64,000 nt of DNA from Zygnema circumcarinatum SAG 698-1b (taxonomy: Eukaryota; Plantae; Zygnematophyceae): assembly GCA_037447605.1 (NCBI GenBank), contig CM074806.1, positions 1,240,001 to 1,304,000 of the forward strand. The letters run 5' to 3'. The position numbers were made by a program, and so were the translations under genes. Every line of letters starts with the position of its first letter. Position 1 is the stretch's first letter. Of this stretch, positions 1 through 12,037 are shown piece after piece. Under the pieces are notes generated by a model, which did no database searches, was not told the origin of the DNA, and was given only the letters and a program-made list of their open reading frames with translations.

Positions 1-1875
1 AGTTGCCCAGTCACCTTCCTCTCGTTTGTAGAAGCGAATTATTGTGCTACTCAATGCAGCCGCCACAAAACCCTCTGATCGATCCGGGTTGTGCAGAAAC
101 CGCAGCTGTCACCTCAACACAATCGCTGTCATTTGTTCAGAGGGCAACTGCCCGAAAAAGTCTGCTGCATCGTGCCGAACAAAGCAAGCGAGCGAGAGAA
201 AGGGAGGACAGAGGAGACAGAGAGGAAAAGAGAAGAACAAAGCTTCCAACGCTGCAACACTTTCCGCCTTACCTCGAGAGGAATCAATCCTGTGACTCCG
301 AGGTCGATCGTCTGCTGTAACTCATGCGTCGTCCAATTCCACACATAGAGCTCCCGCCCATAGTGCCCCTCAGCCACATCCGCAGGGTTGAATCCATTCC
401 GAAATACCTTTGGAGCACCCCAACTGCTGCTTATAAGCACATTGTGCCGAGGCTGATACCAAAAGTCGTACCCGAAAGCAGGCCTCTCTCCCTTCTCCCA
501 CCTTCCCTTGACGTTGAGTTCCTCGTCGAGCAGCAGAAAGCCTGCACCGTCCGCATTACCGTCCTTGTCCCCCATGGCGGAAACCATGAGCTCTCCGGGA
601 AGGCAGTGGACGGTGTGGGGGAAGGCGAGGCCCGTTTTTTCAGTTATCTCTTCCGCCTGCAAAACTTTGTGCAGCTGGGGAGCACGCGGGTCCTTTGCAA
701 CATCGACGGCGTAGATGCGACCAGATCTGCACTCACAAATTTTATTTATTTTGGTTAGAGGAGCGATGGTCCCATCTTCCACGAGTAGATTAAGTAAACT
801 TGACGTTCATTTCCAGATCTTCAAGATTGGGGCTATTGTGAGGCGACCTGTCTACTATGGGATAAATCATCTGTATTGAGTTATACCATGGTGCTAGAGA
901 TATGTCAGTATAGGTGATGGGGATTTTTTGCCATAGCCACCCGCAGAGACTTAATAAACTCTGATAACTCCCCAAATGAGATACACTGAGTAAGCATTCG
1001 TGAGAAACCGCAGTTGAAGCACCGGAAAGCGTAAGTCCAAAGACGGAAATCATATTCTTTAACGCCAAAATTTATCATCCATCCCGCAACAAGGTCAATT
1101 CGGTTCGATTTCTCAACGAAGTCTCTGGTTTCAATTCATCCAGACGCGCTTTGCTCCTATTTGACACGACCAACAATCCATATCTTTCCATTTTCAGCAT
1201 GACGGGCTTCCTTTCCCTTTCTCTCCCTCCCTCTTTCCGAACGAATTAAAAGGGAGGCTGGAAAGCTCACAGGAGCGCCGGCAGGATGAGGTACTTGCGA
1301 GATTTGGTCACATCGCCATGACAGCTGCTGCACGCATTCCATCCTGCACAACGCCCACGCCAGGAACATACATCAGCATGAAATTTATTTCTTGCTTGAA
1401 TAGAGGTTCAAGAAAAGGGGACAAAAATCGCAGCAAAATGCCATGTCACGGCAGACATAAAATGTGACATTTCGCCATGGCAGTGTCTAACCGGAGTGAT
1501 GCAGCTCATCTCCCTTGTACGGCATGAATAGCTTGTGAATGATCTGGCTGTACGTCGGCGACTCCGGGTCAACATCGATAGTGGCTAGAAAGTCCGGCTT
1601 ATCCACTCCAGTTCCTAGTAACAAAACAACCCAATAGAAAAAAATAAAACGGAGTAATATAGAGATATATATGGTACTTTCCATCGCTTCCAGTCGCTAG
1701 CAATTGTGGTTCGATAATGTGTACAGCAGCAAGCAGGCAGGAGCAGCAGAAGCAGCGGCTCACCTGCGTACACGGCAGTGGTGTACAGAATCTTCTCCCG
1801 CGGCCCACCCATGGCTTCCAAGGGGCTGCTATAACCGGGCCCGCCGCCTGCAGTGCCGCCTTCGCAGCATGCCAT
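1..1875 (-). CDS. SBP1: Selenium-binding protein / methanethiol oxidase (SBP56 family); multi-exon, 3' part lies outside the window
   Basis: GT-AG exons at about 1875-1764, 1614-1491, 1343-1271, 726-273 and 105-1 give [87 protein letters not shown] and LRFLHNPD, all characteristic of SBP56. The plant-type N-terminal CC pair is present. Confidence 0.95.
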
Positions 1876-2114
1876 CTTTACTCCTTCCGCGCCCCCTTCC
1901 CCTGCAAGACGACCACCCAAAAAAGGTTCCAGTAACGCGTGAGAGCTAGTGTATTTCATTAGGAATTCACGATAAATAATATGACTAGCAGAATCAGTAG
2001 CAGCAGCAGCAGCAGCAGCCGCCGCCATGGCGGCTCACCTTCAAGCGCACCGACGACGAAACCGACGCTGAGGCCCCCGAGGCGAAGAGAGAGGCCGACG
2101 GAGGGCTGGCCGGG

Positions 2115-2280
2115 CCGTACGGTCGAACAGTGACCGTACTTAACCATACGGTACCGTACGATGGCTCACTTCGTCCGTTCGCTCGGTGCGCCCTCGTCGA
2201 AGCACTTTCGCTCACCGTACGGCCGACTCCGCCGTTCCGTGCATCCCCCCTGCCCGCTCGTTGGTCGCCGGGCGTACGAC
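2115..2280. promoter_or_regulatory. GTAC (SBP-box/CuRE-like core) cluster upstream of SBP1
   Basis: Six GTAC cores, four of them as CCGTAC, within about 165 bp just upstream of the gene. Function is inferred. Confidence 0.35.
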
Positions 2281-2772
2281 AAGCACGTGTCGGCTGCCCA
2301 GAAGGCGACCAGGTGCAGACGCGCGAGCATGGACCGTTTGCGCCGACCGTGCGATGCGCGCGTGTGTGGCGCAATCGAAGGTGCAAATACGGCCGGGGAG
2401 GGCGCCGCGCTTGTCGGCAGCGGGGGGCAGGCAGGCGCGGCCTCCGCGACCCGGAACGGAGGGATGACATCATCGCGCCGTCATGCCTGTGCGCGGGGCA
2501 GCCACGTGGCAGGCTCGTGGCACGCTACCATTCGCGGAGGCGGTCGCCCCCTCCCCCCGGCGACCCCGCAGGTCGCGCGCAAGGCCGCAAGCAAGCTGAC
2601 GCGGCAGGTGCGGTCCATGGATGGATGCCGCAAGATGTATACATGTATGTACATATGTATGTATGTATGTATGCATGTCCCCATGGAAGCAAGCGCACTG
2701 CGACTGAAGGCGAGGAGAGGAGAGGAGAGGAGAGGAGAGGAGCGGCGAGGGGATTAAAAAATACTTTTAAAA

Positions 2773-4069
2773 TGTTGTGTTGAATAGTCATATGGTTAAA
2801 TGTCGAAATGTCTCCTTTTGTGCGTTCAAATATTCAAAATTGTATCACAATCCATGTACCTTCGGAATTGTGAATCCTATTGTAAATGCAACACATTTGG
2901 AATCGTTTTTTCCTGATTTTAGTGTAGTGTACGATAGGGATCTAAGCCTAGAAAGTACACCGTACGATCCTCAGTAGTGTCGGTCGTCCTTAGGTGATCT
3001 AGTTGTAATGGGAACAGGGCGCTAGGTCCTGTTCTGATGGTCTGAACTGGAGGAATCTAGGTTGGACACGTGGCACGCAGCGATAGGCTGCGCTGTCACA
3101 TGTTGCTTATTGCTTTGGCAGAAGACCGTACAGTCGACATGCGACACGTGGACATTCGGATGTGGCGCTGGAGAGGCGCGCGCGTGGATACGGAAGCTTC
3201 TAGAAGGTTGACGCTTCAAGGGAAGGGGTAAGCTGTACGGACACTCCTCCCCTGGCCATGGCGTGCCCTAAGTGAGTTCCAGCGCCGGATGGGGCGAGCG
3301 TGGAGCGTGGAGCGTGGAGCGTCGCTGGCATCATGGAGGAGCGCGGCGCGGTGGAGTGCGGTGCAGCGCGGTGGCGCGCAGCGGCACGCTGTAGAACGTG
3401 GAGTTGTGCAGCGCGTAGTATNNNNNNNNNNATCTTGATACATCTGCAGCATAGCTTGTGGTGCTAAGCGCAGGTGCCTAGCTGTATGGGCAGCAAGGGG
3501 GTGTCGGAAGTAAGTCAGAGCACGTAGTAGTAGCCTGAGGGCTCAAACACTGCTTGTTACTTCCGTGTAACTTTATTAAGGAGTTTTGGAGCTGGCGGAG
3601 CTTTCTCCTTGAATTCTCAATTTCGGTGTTTCTTGCTTGATTTGTTTTCAGTAATATTTCTTCGTGTGTGCATGTAAGAACTGTGTTGAAGCAATCAGCA
3701 AAGCATGGCAGGAATAGAGGTTAGTGAGAATGATCGCAGCTTAAGTAATATCATCATTTAGCAGATTTAGCTAAAAATGCTATGATGCTACCTGTTTTTG
3801 CTATAAACAATTGCATAAAGGCTGTTAGTACTACCCTCATAATGTCGACTTATTACCAACAGAGAGTCACCTATGGAAAATAAAATCTCAATTTACTTAA
3901 GTCATTTCCGCAGAGTTGAGAGCTCTTTTCAACCTTCCACTTGACCATACCTCCTTCCTTGTCCTTATTAGCCTCAGAAAAATGGTACAGTGGTCCTGCA
4001 TGGCGGATGCCACACTCTAAATTTTAATAACATATCATTTTAATATCGTGTTGTGAGACACTCTCAACA
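2773..4069. mobile_element. Possible LTR-retrotransposon remnant or solo LTR spanning the assembly gap
   Basis: TGTTG...CAACA termini with near-matching 5-bp flanks (TAAAA/TAAGA), non-genic content, internal GTGGAGC repeats and an N-gap. No coding domain recognised. Confidence 0.3.
3422..3431. other. Assembly gap (10 N)
   Basis: Literal N run in the sequence. Confidence 1.
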
Positions 4070-4515
4070 TAAGAGGATAAATTTGCATTGGTCTCACGAT
4101 GATGGCGATGCCATCAGATGTGCATGGACAACCCCCCCATGGAGCACTACTGGTCGGTTCTGGATTGTCGTACGGCAGGGAGCAGGGGTTGGCCGGTGAA
4201 CGGTTGGAGAGAGAGGCGTGGACATCCTATGTGAAGCCGTATTACGCAGTCCCGTTCGCTGTTTGGTCGTACGCCCCGCCCCTACGCGCAACGGCGCGGC
4301 GAGCCCAGCGAACGCGCGGCGCGCGTGGTTCCCTCCCTCCCTCCCTCCCCCCGAGCGAGTGCGTTTTGGCGCCAAGGTCCAAATTTGGAGTTGGCTCGCG
4401 CGGGGCCGCCTCGACTCTGGCCCTGGCCGCGACCGAGGGCTGCAGGGGAAGGCGAGGAGGGAAGGGAAGCGAGGGGAAGGGAAGGGAAGCGAGGGGAAGG
4501 GAAGGGAAGGGCGCC

Positions 4516-7500
4516 ATGAAGGCCAAGACCCTGCAGATAATTTGGCACGGGAAGGACCCGATACTGTCTCTCGATTTTCACTCCTCTGGGATTCTTGCCA
4601 CTGCCGGCTCCGACAAGGAAGTCAAGGTATGCAGGACGTTTTCTGTATCTCTCTCTCTCTCCATATATATATATATATATTTTTTTTTTCTTTGTCCGCC
4701 ATTTCTTTGACGTCTGTAAATGAATCACGAGAGCTGCGAATTTTGATTGAACGCGTTTTGTTCTCTATGGTTCTGATTTTGATGCTGTGCACTAACATCC
4801 GCTTCATGGCAGCTATGGGAGGTGTCGGTAGATGACAATGGCCTTCCAACGGCAACTTATAGCGCATCTCTCACGCACCACAGCAGTGCCGTGAATGTAG
4901 CGAGGTTTGCGCCAGCAGGTGACGAAGCCAGCATTTGCCCGTTTGGACGCAGATAGTCATTTATTGTTACACATTCTGGAGAGAGTCTGAGGCTGGTCAT
5001 CGGACGCCGGCGTTTTCTGTACGATAGAGCTTCAGCGTTTGCTTCTTCAGACGTTTTTATAAACAAAGACCGAAGATGCCTTAAAAGTAATTGTGTTGGA
5101 TTTGTCGATAGTGGAGTAGTGTTGACAAGAGCTGTCTTGCAATGCTTGCATGCAGGTGATTTACTGGCAACTGGAGCCGATGGTATGTCTCGCTCGCTTG
5201 CACTTTACGAGCTGCTGCCTTGAGGCTCGGCAGAAATGGAAGTTGGTTTCAGCAGAGGTGTTTTTCTCGCTTGGGTGGTCGCGGTACGAGATACTTATGC
5301 CCTGTTGCCTTCCCCTCTGCAGGAGGTGAAGTCGTTGTATGGAAAGCTGTACAAACAGGTGCCAGATTTCCTTCATGGAAGGTGATGAAGACAACCAGGT
5401 GCGCTTCATCTCTCTGAAGAAAAATATTACGTCATGCAAAGGTCCGTGTCATGAGGTCAGAGCATGCGTCTCCAGTGGTTCCATTAAGGGAATCTCTATT
5501 AAGATGGTGTGATGAGCCCTGAGTGAATTTTATTGCTTGATACGCAAATCATCACTGTGATCATGAAAAACTTACCTGAAACCATTTCTCCTGCTTCTCT
5601 TGTGCATTTCCAGCTTTCCAAGTCAAGATGTCTTAGCACTGGAGTGGTCGCCGGATGGAGCAATTCTCATGGCTGGATCAATTAACCATCGAATATGTTT
5701 CTGGGATGTTTCCAAAGGTACAGGGCAAGTGCCTTCTGCTCACCCGCAAATCAATGCTTTTCGCAAACTACGCCACTTTTCTTTCTTTCTGATCATGCAT
5801 CGACTAGCTAACGCATTCCTTATGTCCACAACGAGCTGCTCTATAACTCGTATTGTGTGTTTGTAGGTGTCGTTGAGTGCAGTTTTGAAGACCATGTGCA
5901 CTATGTGCAGGGTGTTGCGTGGGACCCACTCGGTCAATTTGCTGTAAGCCAGAGCAGCGATAAAACCTGCCGCATTTATAGCCGGCCTCTCCATACCTCA
6001 CAAAGCCATAAGCAAAAAAACAAGCGTGGAGTCTCTGCTTTTACATGCCAACACATTCTCTCAAAAGGGGACTACGCGTCTCAGCCAATTCCGGTTCCAG
6101 ACGTCAACGAAACTCCCAAGGTGAGAAGCAGCTGAGAAGCAGCTCTCCAGCATAGTACTTCAAGATACGTTGCGGGCATGACTGATTGCCTTTTCTCGTA
6201 TGTCCTTGCAGGCCGCTCAGACGAAGTACCACTTGTTCCACGATGAAAATTTGCCTTCCTTCTTTCGACGGCTAGGCTGGTCACCTGATGGAACATTTCT
6301 TGTCATACCTGCCGGTTCGTCTTCTATGCATTGGTGGTTCTTTCATCCTTTTTCGTCTCTTCTACTCTTGATTAATGGTGTCATCAGCAGTTCGGGTTTC
6401 AAGAAAGAAAGTTAAGGCAATGCAACTAGTAACCTAGATTCATTGGAACCGTTTTATCTAAACAAACCCACTCAAGGGTATTTGGGCGTCATTGTATGCA
6501 GGCATTTACAAGAAGAGCTGTGGAAGTCAACCTGCAAATACTGTGTATATCTACAGCAGGACTGACTTTACCAGGTTGCCAAATGTCTCAAACCTTTATG
6601 TACTTCCAGTTTACACGTTCAACTGGCAAAAGCTACTTACGTGAACATAATCTTGTGAATCCTTCTCCTTGATTGTTCCACCTCTCGACTCTTAAATTCT
6701 TGGCTTGCTGTTGTTTTTGTTCTAGTGTTCGACTTCTATCCATACTTCTCATCTTAAGCCCCTCCTATGCTTACGAGCACAACCCGCAATTGCAGACCAG
6801 CAATGCACCTTCCAACTGGAAGCAAACCTGCAGTAGCTGTTCGTTTTTGTCCTCAATTTTTTAAGCTATGGCCTTCAACACCTCCAACGGATCAACCGGG
6901 AGTGCTGCAAGAGCACGGTAAACTCTATGCATGCTTCTTCTTTTTCCAGTCCGGACAAGCAAGCCCGTTGTCACCATGTTCGCGTTCAAACCACATTAGC
7001 ACTGCGATGCGCCATGAAGCTATTTGATGAAGGACACTAACTTTCTTTGACTCGATTGTCGGTGGTTTTATTGCTTGATTATTGTGGACTCACGTAGCAT
7101 ATTCTTGTTTCACAGAAAATCCAGGCTTTTCCCTGAGCTACAGGGTGGTGTTTGCCGTAGCAACTCTAAACTCTGTGCTCCTGTACGATACTCAAAGAAG
7201 TGCCCCACTTGCACTATTGGGAGGACTTCACTTCGCTGCAATCACTGATTTGGCCTGGTATGATTCTGGACACGAATAGTCGTCATACTTGATGTATTGA
7301 GGAGTTGCATGCTCTCACTTGAGAGAGAGGCGTTTTATTGGAAAATGCAAATGCGAAGTTCACCAACGGTCTACAATGAGGGTGCTGCCTTCCGTGTTTC
7401 TAGACGATGAAGGGTGGCCTTCAATAAGTGAGCCAGTTGCTGATTGTATGCAGGTCACCGGATGCGCGGTTTCTTGCAATATCATCTCAAGATGGGTATT

Positions 7501-8527
7501 GTACCATAGCGGTGTTTGACGAGGAAGAGCTCGGGACGCCTTTGGGACCGTCTGGTACGCTTTTTTTCTAAACCAGTAAAGCTTGTTCTTATTGGTCTAT
7601 ACGTTTTTTGAAATATAAGCTTGTTTCGAATGAGAAACCCATTTTACTACCAGAGCCTGCTAAATGTGTGATTGTCGATTGAAACTCTCACATGAAAGAG
7701 ATTCAGTACCGCATCTTGTATGCTTTATCCTTGTTAGCTCAAGCACACTTATGCAAGCATCCGTTGGTTATTGGCTTTTTTGTTCTTGGACGGCAGTAAG
7801 GTTTCATGTAGGAAACATGTCTGACCCACCTGTGAAGAAGCTCGAGATTAAATGGAGGAACGTGGCCTACGTACTGGTGAACTCATCTATGCATGAGAGA
7901 CCAGAGAAGGAAGCAGAGTTATGCTATTTTTTTAAAAACTACTGGCGATCTCTTACATTCCTTATTAGAGTTACCTGTGCAGATTACCCACAACCTCTCG
8001 TTGAACAGCTGCAGCAAATTGTCAAACAACAGGTATCAAAGGAAGGCCACAGTGCAGCCACTGATATATCTCAACGAACTGCCCCGAAGCCTTCTGCCGA
8101 GGCGTCGTCGATTGCGATGTGTGTGCAAAGGAGGCAATCGGGAGAGCCTTCTGTTGGAGGTTCGACGGTGACAGAGTCAGCAGAAAGACTGAATTGCACT
8201 GAATCTGCTGATGGAATGGATGCCTGCAACAGGAAGGGGTCTGAGTCTTGCACTCCGAATAGGCAAGTCGGGCAAACTGACAGCTGTAGACCAAGTTCAA
8301 CTCCCTCTTCTTCTGGATCTTGCATTAGAAGAAGCTCCCTGGACAGCGCAGGGAAAAGAACGGTGGGGGATTCTAACCCAATGGCGGTCAATGAGGGCGA
8401 GGAACTCCACATCATGCCTCCCAAAGCCAAAAGGAGAATAACCCCTATGCAGCTGCCGAACCCTTCAACTAGCAGAAATAGTCCTAGACAAGGGCTGCAG
8501 TCTACCGATTCCTCTCTGCCGTCGTGA
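4516..8527 (+). CDS. FAS2: Chromatin assembly factor 1 subunit B (p60, WD40), about 12 exons
   Basis: [22 protein letters not shown] start, [63 protein letters not shown] and a C-terminal KRRITP B-domain-like motif. All introns are GT-AG, including one 27-nt exon at 5156-5182. Confidence 0.96.
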
Positions 8528-9043
8528 GAATATCAATAAGAGCACGGGGCCAGCTGTGATGGAATGCAGCTCACTCTGATAGCCCAATCGCAACCGGTGT
8601 AAGGATGTAAGCTGAAGCGTCTTATAGAATTTTAAATAGCAACAGGCGGTTAGTTTTACTTGGCAACAACTCGGGCATTCCCCATTGTAAGGAGTGATGA
8701 TAACAGAATGCACTGGCACTTCAGGCCTCCCTCGTAGTCTGTCCCGTCCTTTTTGTCTTTCAAGATGTTGCGCACAATCCATTGTACAGCAGTCAGTGCT
8801 GTCTCAGCATGGGCAAAGGAAATGAAACATAGGGAGGATATATCTGAAAATTGAACATCTACATATGGATTTACAATACCGCACGGCAGTATAATCTAGG
8901 CAAGCGGTGAAATAGGGTACGCAGATCCCTAAGAGAAAATAAATGAAATACAGTCAGTACTTGTAGCAAGGATGGCTTTACATATTCCTTTAGGAAAAGT
9001 GTGCATCACTGCCATTTGCCTTGGTTGACCCCACGGCATACGT

Positions 9044-11463
9044 TCAAACAGCCGCCGCTGCTTCTTTTTCCCGATCACTTTCAATCATGGACTTGATGTA
9101 AAACTCCCCGGCCTTGTAAGAGGAACGCACCATAGGACCAGCAGCAACATAACGAAATCCCTGCTTCCAGCCAACATCTCACCAATGGTGAAGTGAAAAG
9201 TGAGAAAGTGCCGATGAGCAAAGAAAATGGAACAGATGACATCAGAGATAACTTGGAGTGCCATATGCATTGGAAGAAAGACCTTGAATTAGACTTCCAC
9301 GTTCAAGAGTTGGCTCTGCGATGCAGTAAAAGACCTTGGAAAACAGACGCCTTGCTTACAATCCATTAGCAACACCATTGACAACTTACTTGCATTTACA
9401 GCTAAACCTAAAAACAGCACTGGCAAGGTTCCCATTTCGTGAGTCCTGCTGAAATCGACGGATCTCGTTATGTACAGGATGAGGCCAAGGAGAGAGTGGG
9501 AGAGCAAGGGCTGCGTGACTTGCTAAAGTTAAATTTAGAAACCGTCCAATACTCTAATCAACTTCTCTGATCTAATCAAACAACTCAAACACAGGGAAGC
9601 GGAGGCGTTACTCTTGTGCCATGCGGACTAATTCCACGTGTGCAGTAATAGTCAAGGAGGATAGTGAACTAACCATTTCTTCTCCCACTCTGCGCCAACC
9701 ATCGAAAGCCTCAGGAGTCACATACTCTGACACAGGCATGTGCTTGCGGCTTGGACGCATGTACTGCCCAAAGGTCATAACGTCGACTCCAGCCTCCCGG
9801 ACTTTCTCCATTGCTTGCAGTACCTGCCAGCACGTCAATAACAGCGTCGGTTCTTCAACAAAGAAGTGCCACTCATGATACAACCTGTATCGAGGCACCT
9901 GAGAATGAGCTTTTTCATGACCTTCCACCCAGCGCTTTCAGAGCCCGTCACCGAGCTTCAAAAAGTTTCTGAATGAAGTGCCTTGATCGTCCACAACAGC
10001 GTGCTGCTCCCTGACTATCGGATTACTGACCTGTTCTGGGGATTCACCACAACCCAACATGATTGAGGTCTTGGTGAGCGTCCCAGGAGCGGCAAACTCT
10101 TTGGCCAAGCGCAGGACTGAGAGTGACTGCTCAAAATTTGCTCGTCGATCCCTAACATACGCCTGCAACTCCTGCACTGTCTCAATGTTGTGTGCAAATA
10201 CATCCAGCCCTGAGGTAGCAACGCGCTGCACGCATTCGGAGTCCCCACGGAAGTCAGGCACTGCCATATCAAAGCCAATTCCACGTATGAGCCGTGAATC
10301 TAAACCATCCTGATTTGCCATACAAGCTCGAAAAAAAAAAAAAAAAAAATGAACGGCTTTAATGTGCCGTTAATCCCAAAAAGTCTATCTGCACTGTCAC
10401 TCATGCTATTCTCAACCGACGGTATGGCTGCATTCCCTTGATATGGGCATGCAGCCATTATCAAGGGAACATAAGTTAAGAAACCCGGAACCATTTGGCA
10501 ATAGCATCCTACTCATTTGAAAAAAAAAACAGTCCAGACAACTCCATGTTCCACCCTAGCAAATAATGCACTTACCAAGGGCCTCTACAAGCATAGAAGG
10601 CTTTCTAGCCTTAAGGCCTCGCACAGTTTCTGCAAAGTGACCGCTTCCCTGGTCAGGCAAGTCGTCCCTGTCAACACTTGTAAGGACTACATAGTCCAAG
10701 CCCCATTCTGCCACGGCCTCTGCCACCTTTCTGGGCTCCTCAGGATCTGGCGGAGGAGGTGCTCTAGAGGTTTTTACTGCACAAAACCTGCATCCCCTCC
10801 AATCAAACTCATAAGGTTTCCACTTGTGCTACGATACACAAAATTGTTCAGCCAGAGAACCCTTTCTTCTAGAAAATGTCGTCCACATTAAGAGAGTAGA
10901 AGGCTTTACCTGCAGCCTCTCGTGCAGGTATCACCCAAAATCATTATTGTTGCTGTGGCGGTGCCCGTTTCGCCGCCACTCCAGCATTCACCTATGTTTG
11001 GGCATCTAGCTTCCTCACAGACCGTGTTGAGGTTCAATTCTCTCAACTTGGACTTAATTGCAGTGTATCTTTCTCCTCCAGGTACTATTCGCTTCATCCA
11101 GTCCGGCTTCCGCTTTCTATCTCTCGGCTGCACGGCCTCTACTGCATACCCCAGGGGACTTGATTGCGCAATAAAATCACCTAGTGTGGGGCCTTCTTCA
11201 GCAAGACGTTCTCGGAGGGTTAACAGACCAAGCCCGGTTACTTCATGGCTACTGGGAGCAGCTTCAGCAGAGGACAGAGAGAGCGCAACTCCGCTCCTCT
11301 CTTGGCCTGCCATGTTCTTATCAGCAAAGGCCCCTACTTCTGCAGGCGACGTAAAAGTGCGCCACGGCTGCCTCTGAAAGCTCGCAAGGAGTCTGCTGTC
11401 ACTCTGCCGCAACAGCTGTCGCGAAAGCCAGCACACAGCTGCTGCGCCTTGTCCCTTCATCAT
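9044..11463 (-). CDS. LIP1: Lipoyl synthase, mitochondrial type (radical SAM), 5 exons
   Basis: [12 protein letters not shown] (CX4CX5C), CTRGCRFC radical SAM motif, [17 protein letters not shown] and [12 protein letters not shown]. The N-terminus is Arg/Ser-rich like a presequence. Confidence 0.97.
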
Positions 11464-12037
11464 GCTTAGCCTCACCTGGCGACTTCCCACTCGCACCACA
11501 CGTCCCGTCTCCCGATTTTTTCCAGAACTACCGCCACCTCCTCCTCCTTCTCCACCTCCTGCCTTACAAAATACGGAGAGAGAGAGGCGCGAGAAGAGAG
11601 GCAAGTGGCGTACAGTACGTGAAAGTGTCTTTTCAAGTCGCCGCGAGTGCAGGTGCAGCGAACGATGTGCATTTACGAACACAGCGCGTCGGATATGTTT
11701 ACGGATGTACGGCATGTCGACGTTCGGGTCGTAATCTAAATGTTCGCAGGATAATGGAAAGGAGCTGTCTCTTCCTACAATATTCCTTCTGTGCTGATGA
11801 CCTGCATTAGCAAACAGTAGGGGCCGGTGGGCGTGCTCATCAAGTGAGCTTCATGTGTTCCCCGGTTCACGTCCTTTCACTGCAGGACGGTAGAACAGGC
11901 AACAGTAATTCTTTGAATTGACGAGATATCGTAGTAGCAAAGCTGCATTTATTCGCCTCTATGGACTTTTTGCAATCGAAGAAGTGTGACTGAGTGCTTC
12001 ACTGACCAATAGTGAAGCCTTATCCAAGTGATTTAAC

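Noticed and set aside
5570-5579. ACTTACCTG, the U1 snRNA 5' end motif, in a FAS2 intron
   Set aside because: No U1 stem-loops or Sm site follow; it is a short chance match.
11464-11715. 84-codon in-frame extension upstream of the LIP1 start
   Set aside because: It runs into the short shared promoter, contains a GGA repeat and would mask the presequence. It is most likely UTR or promoter.
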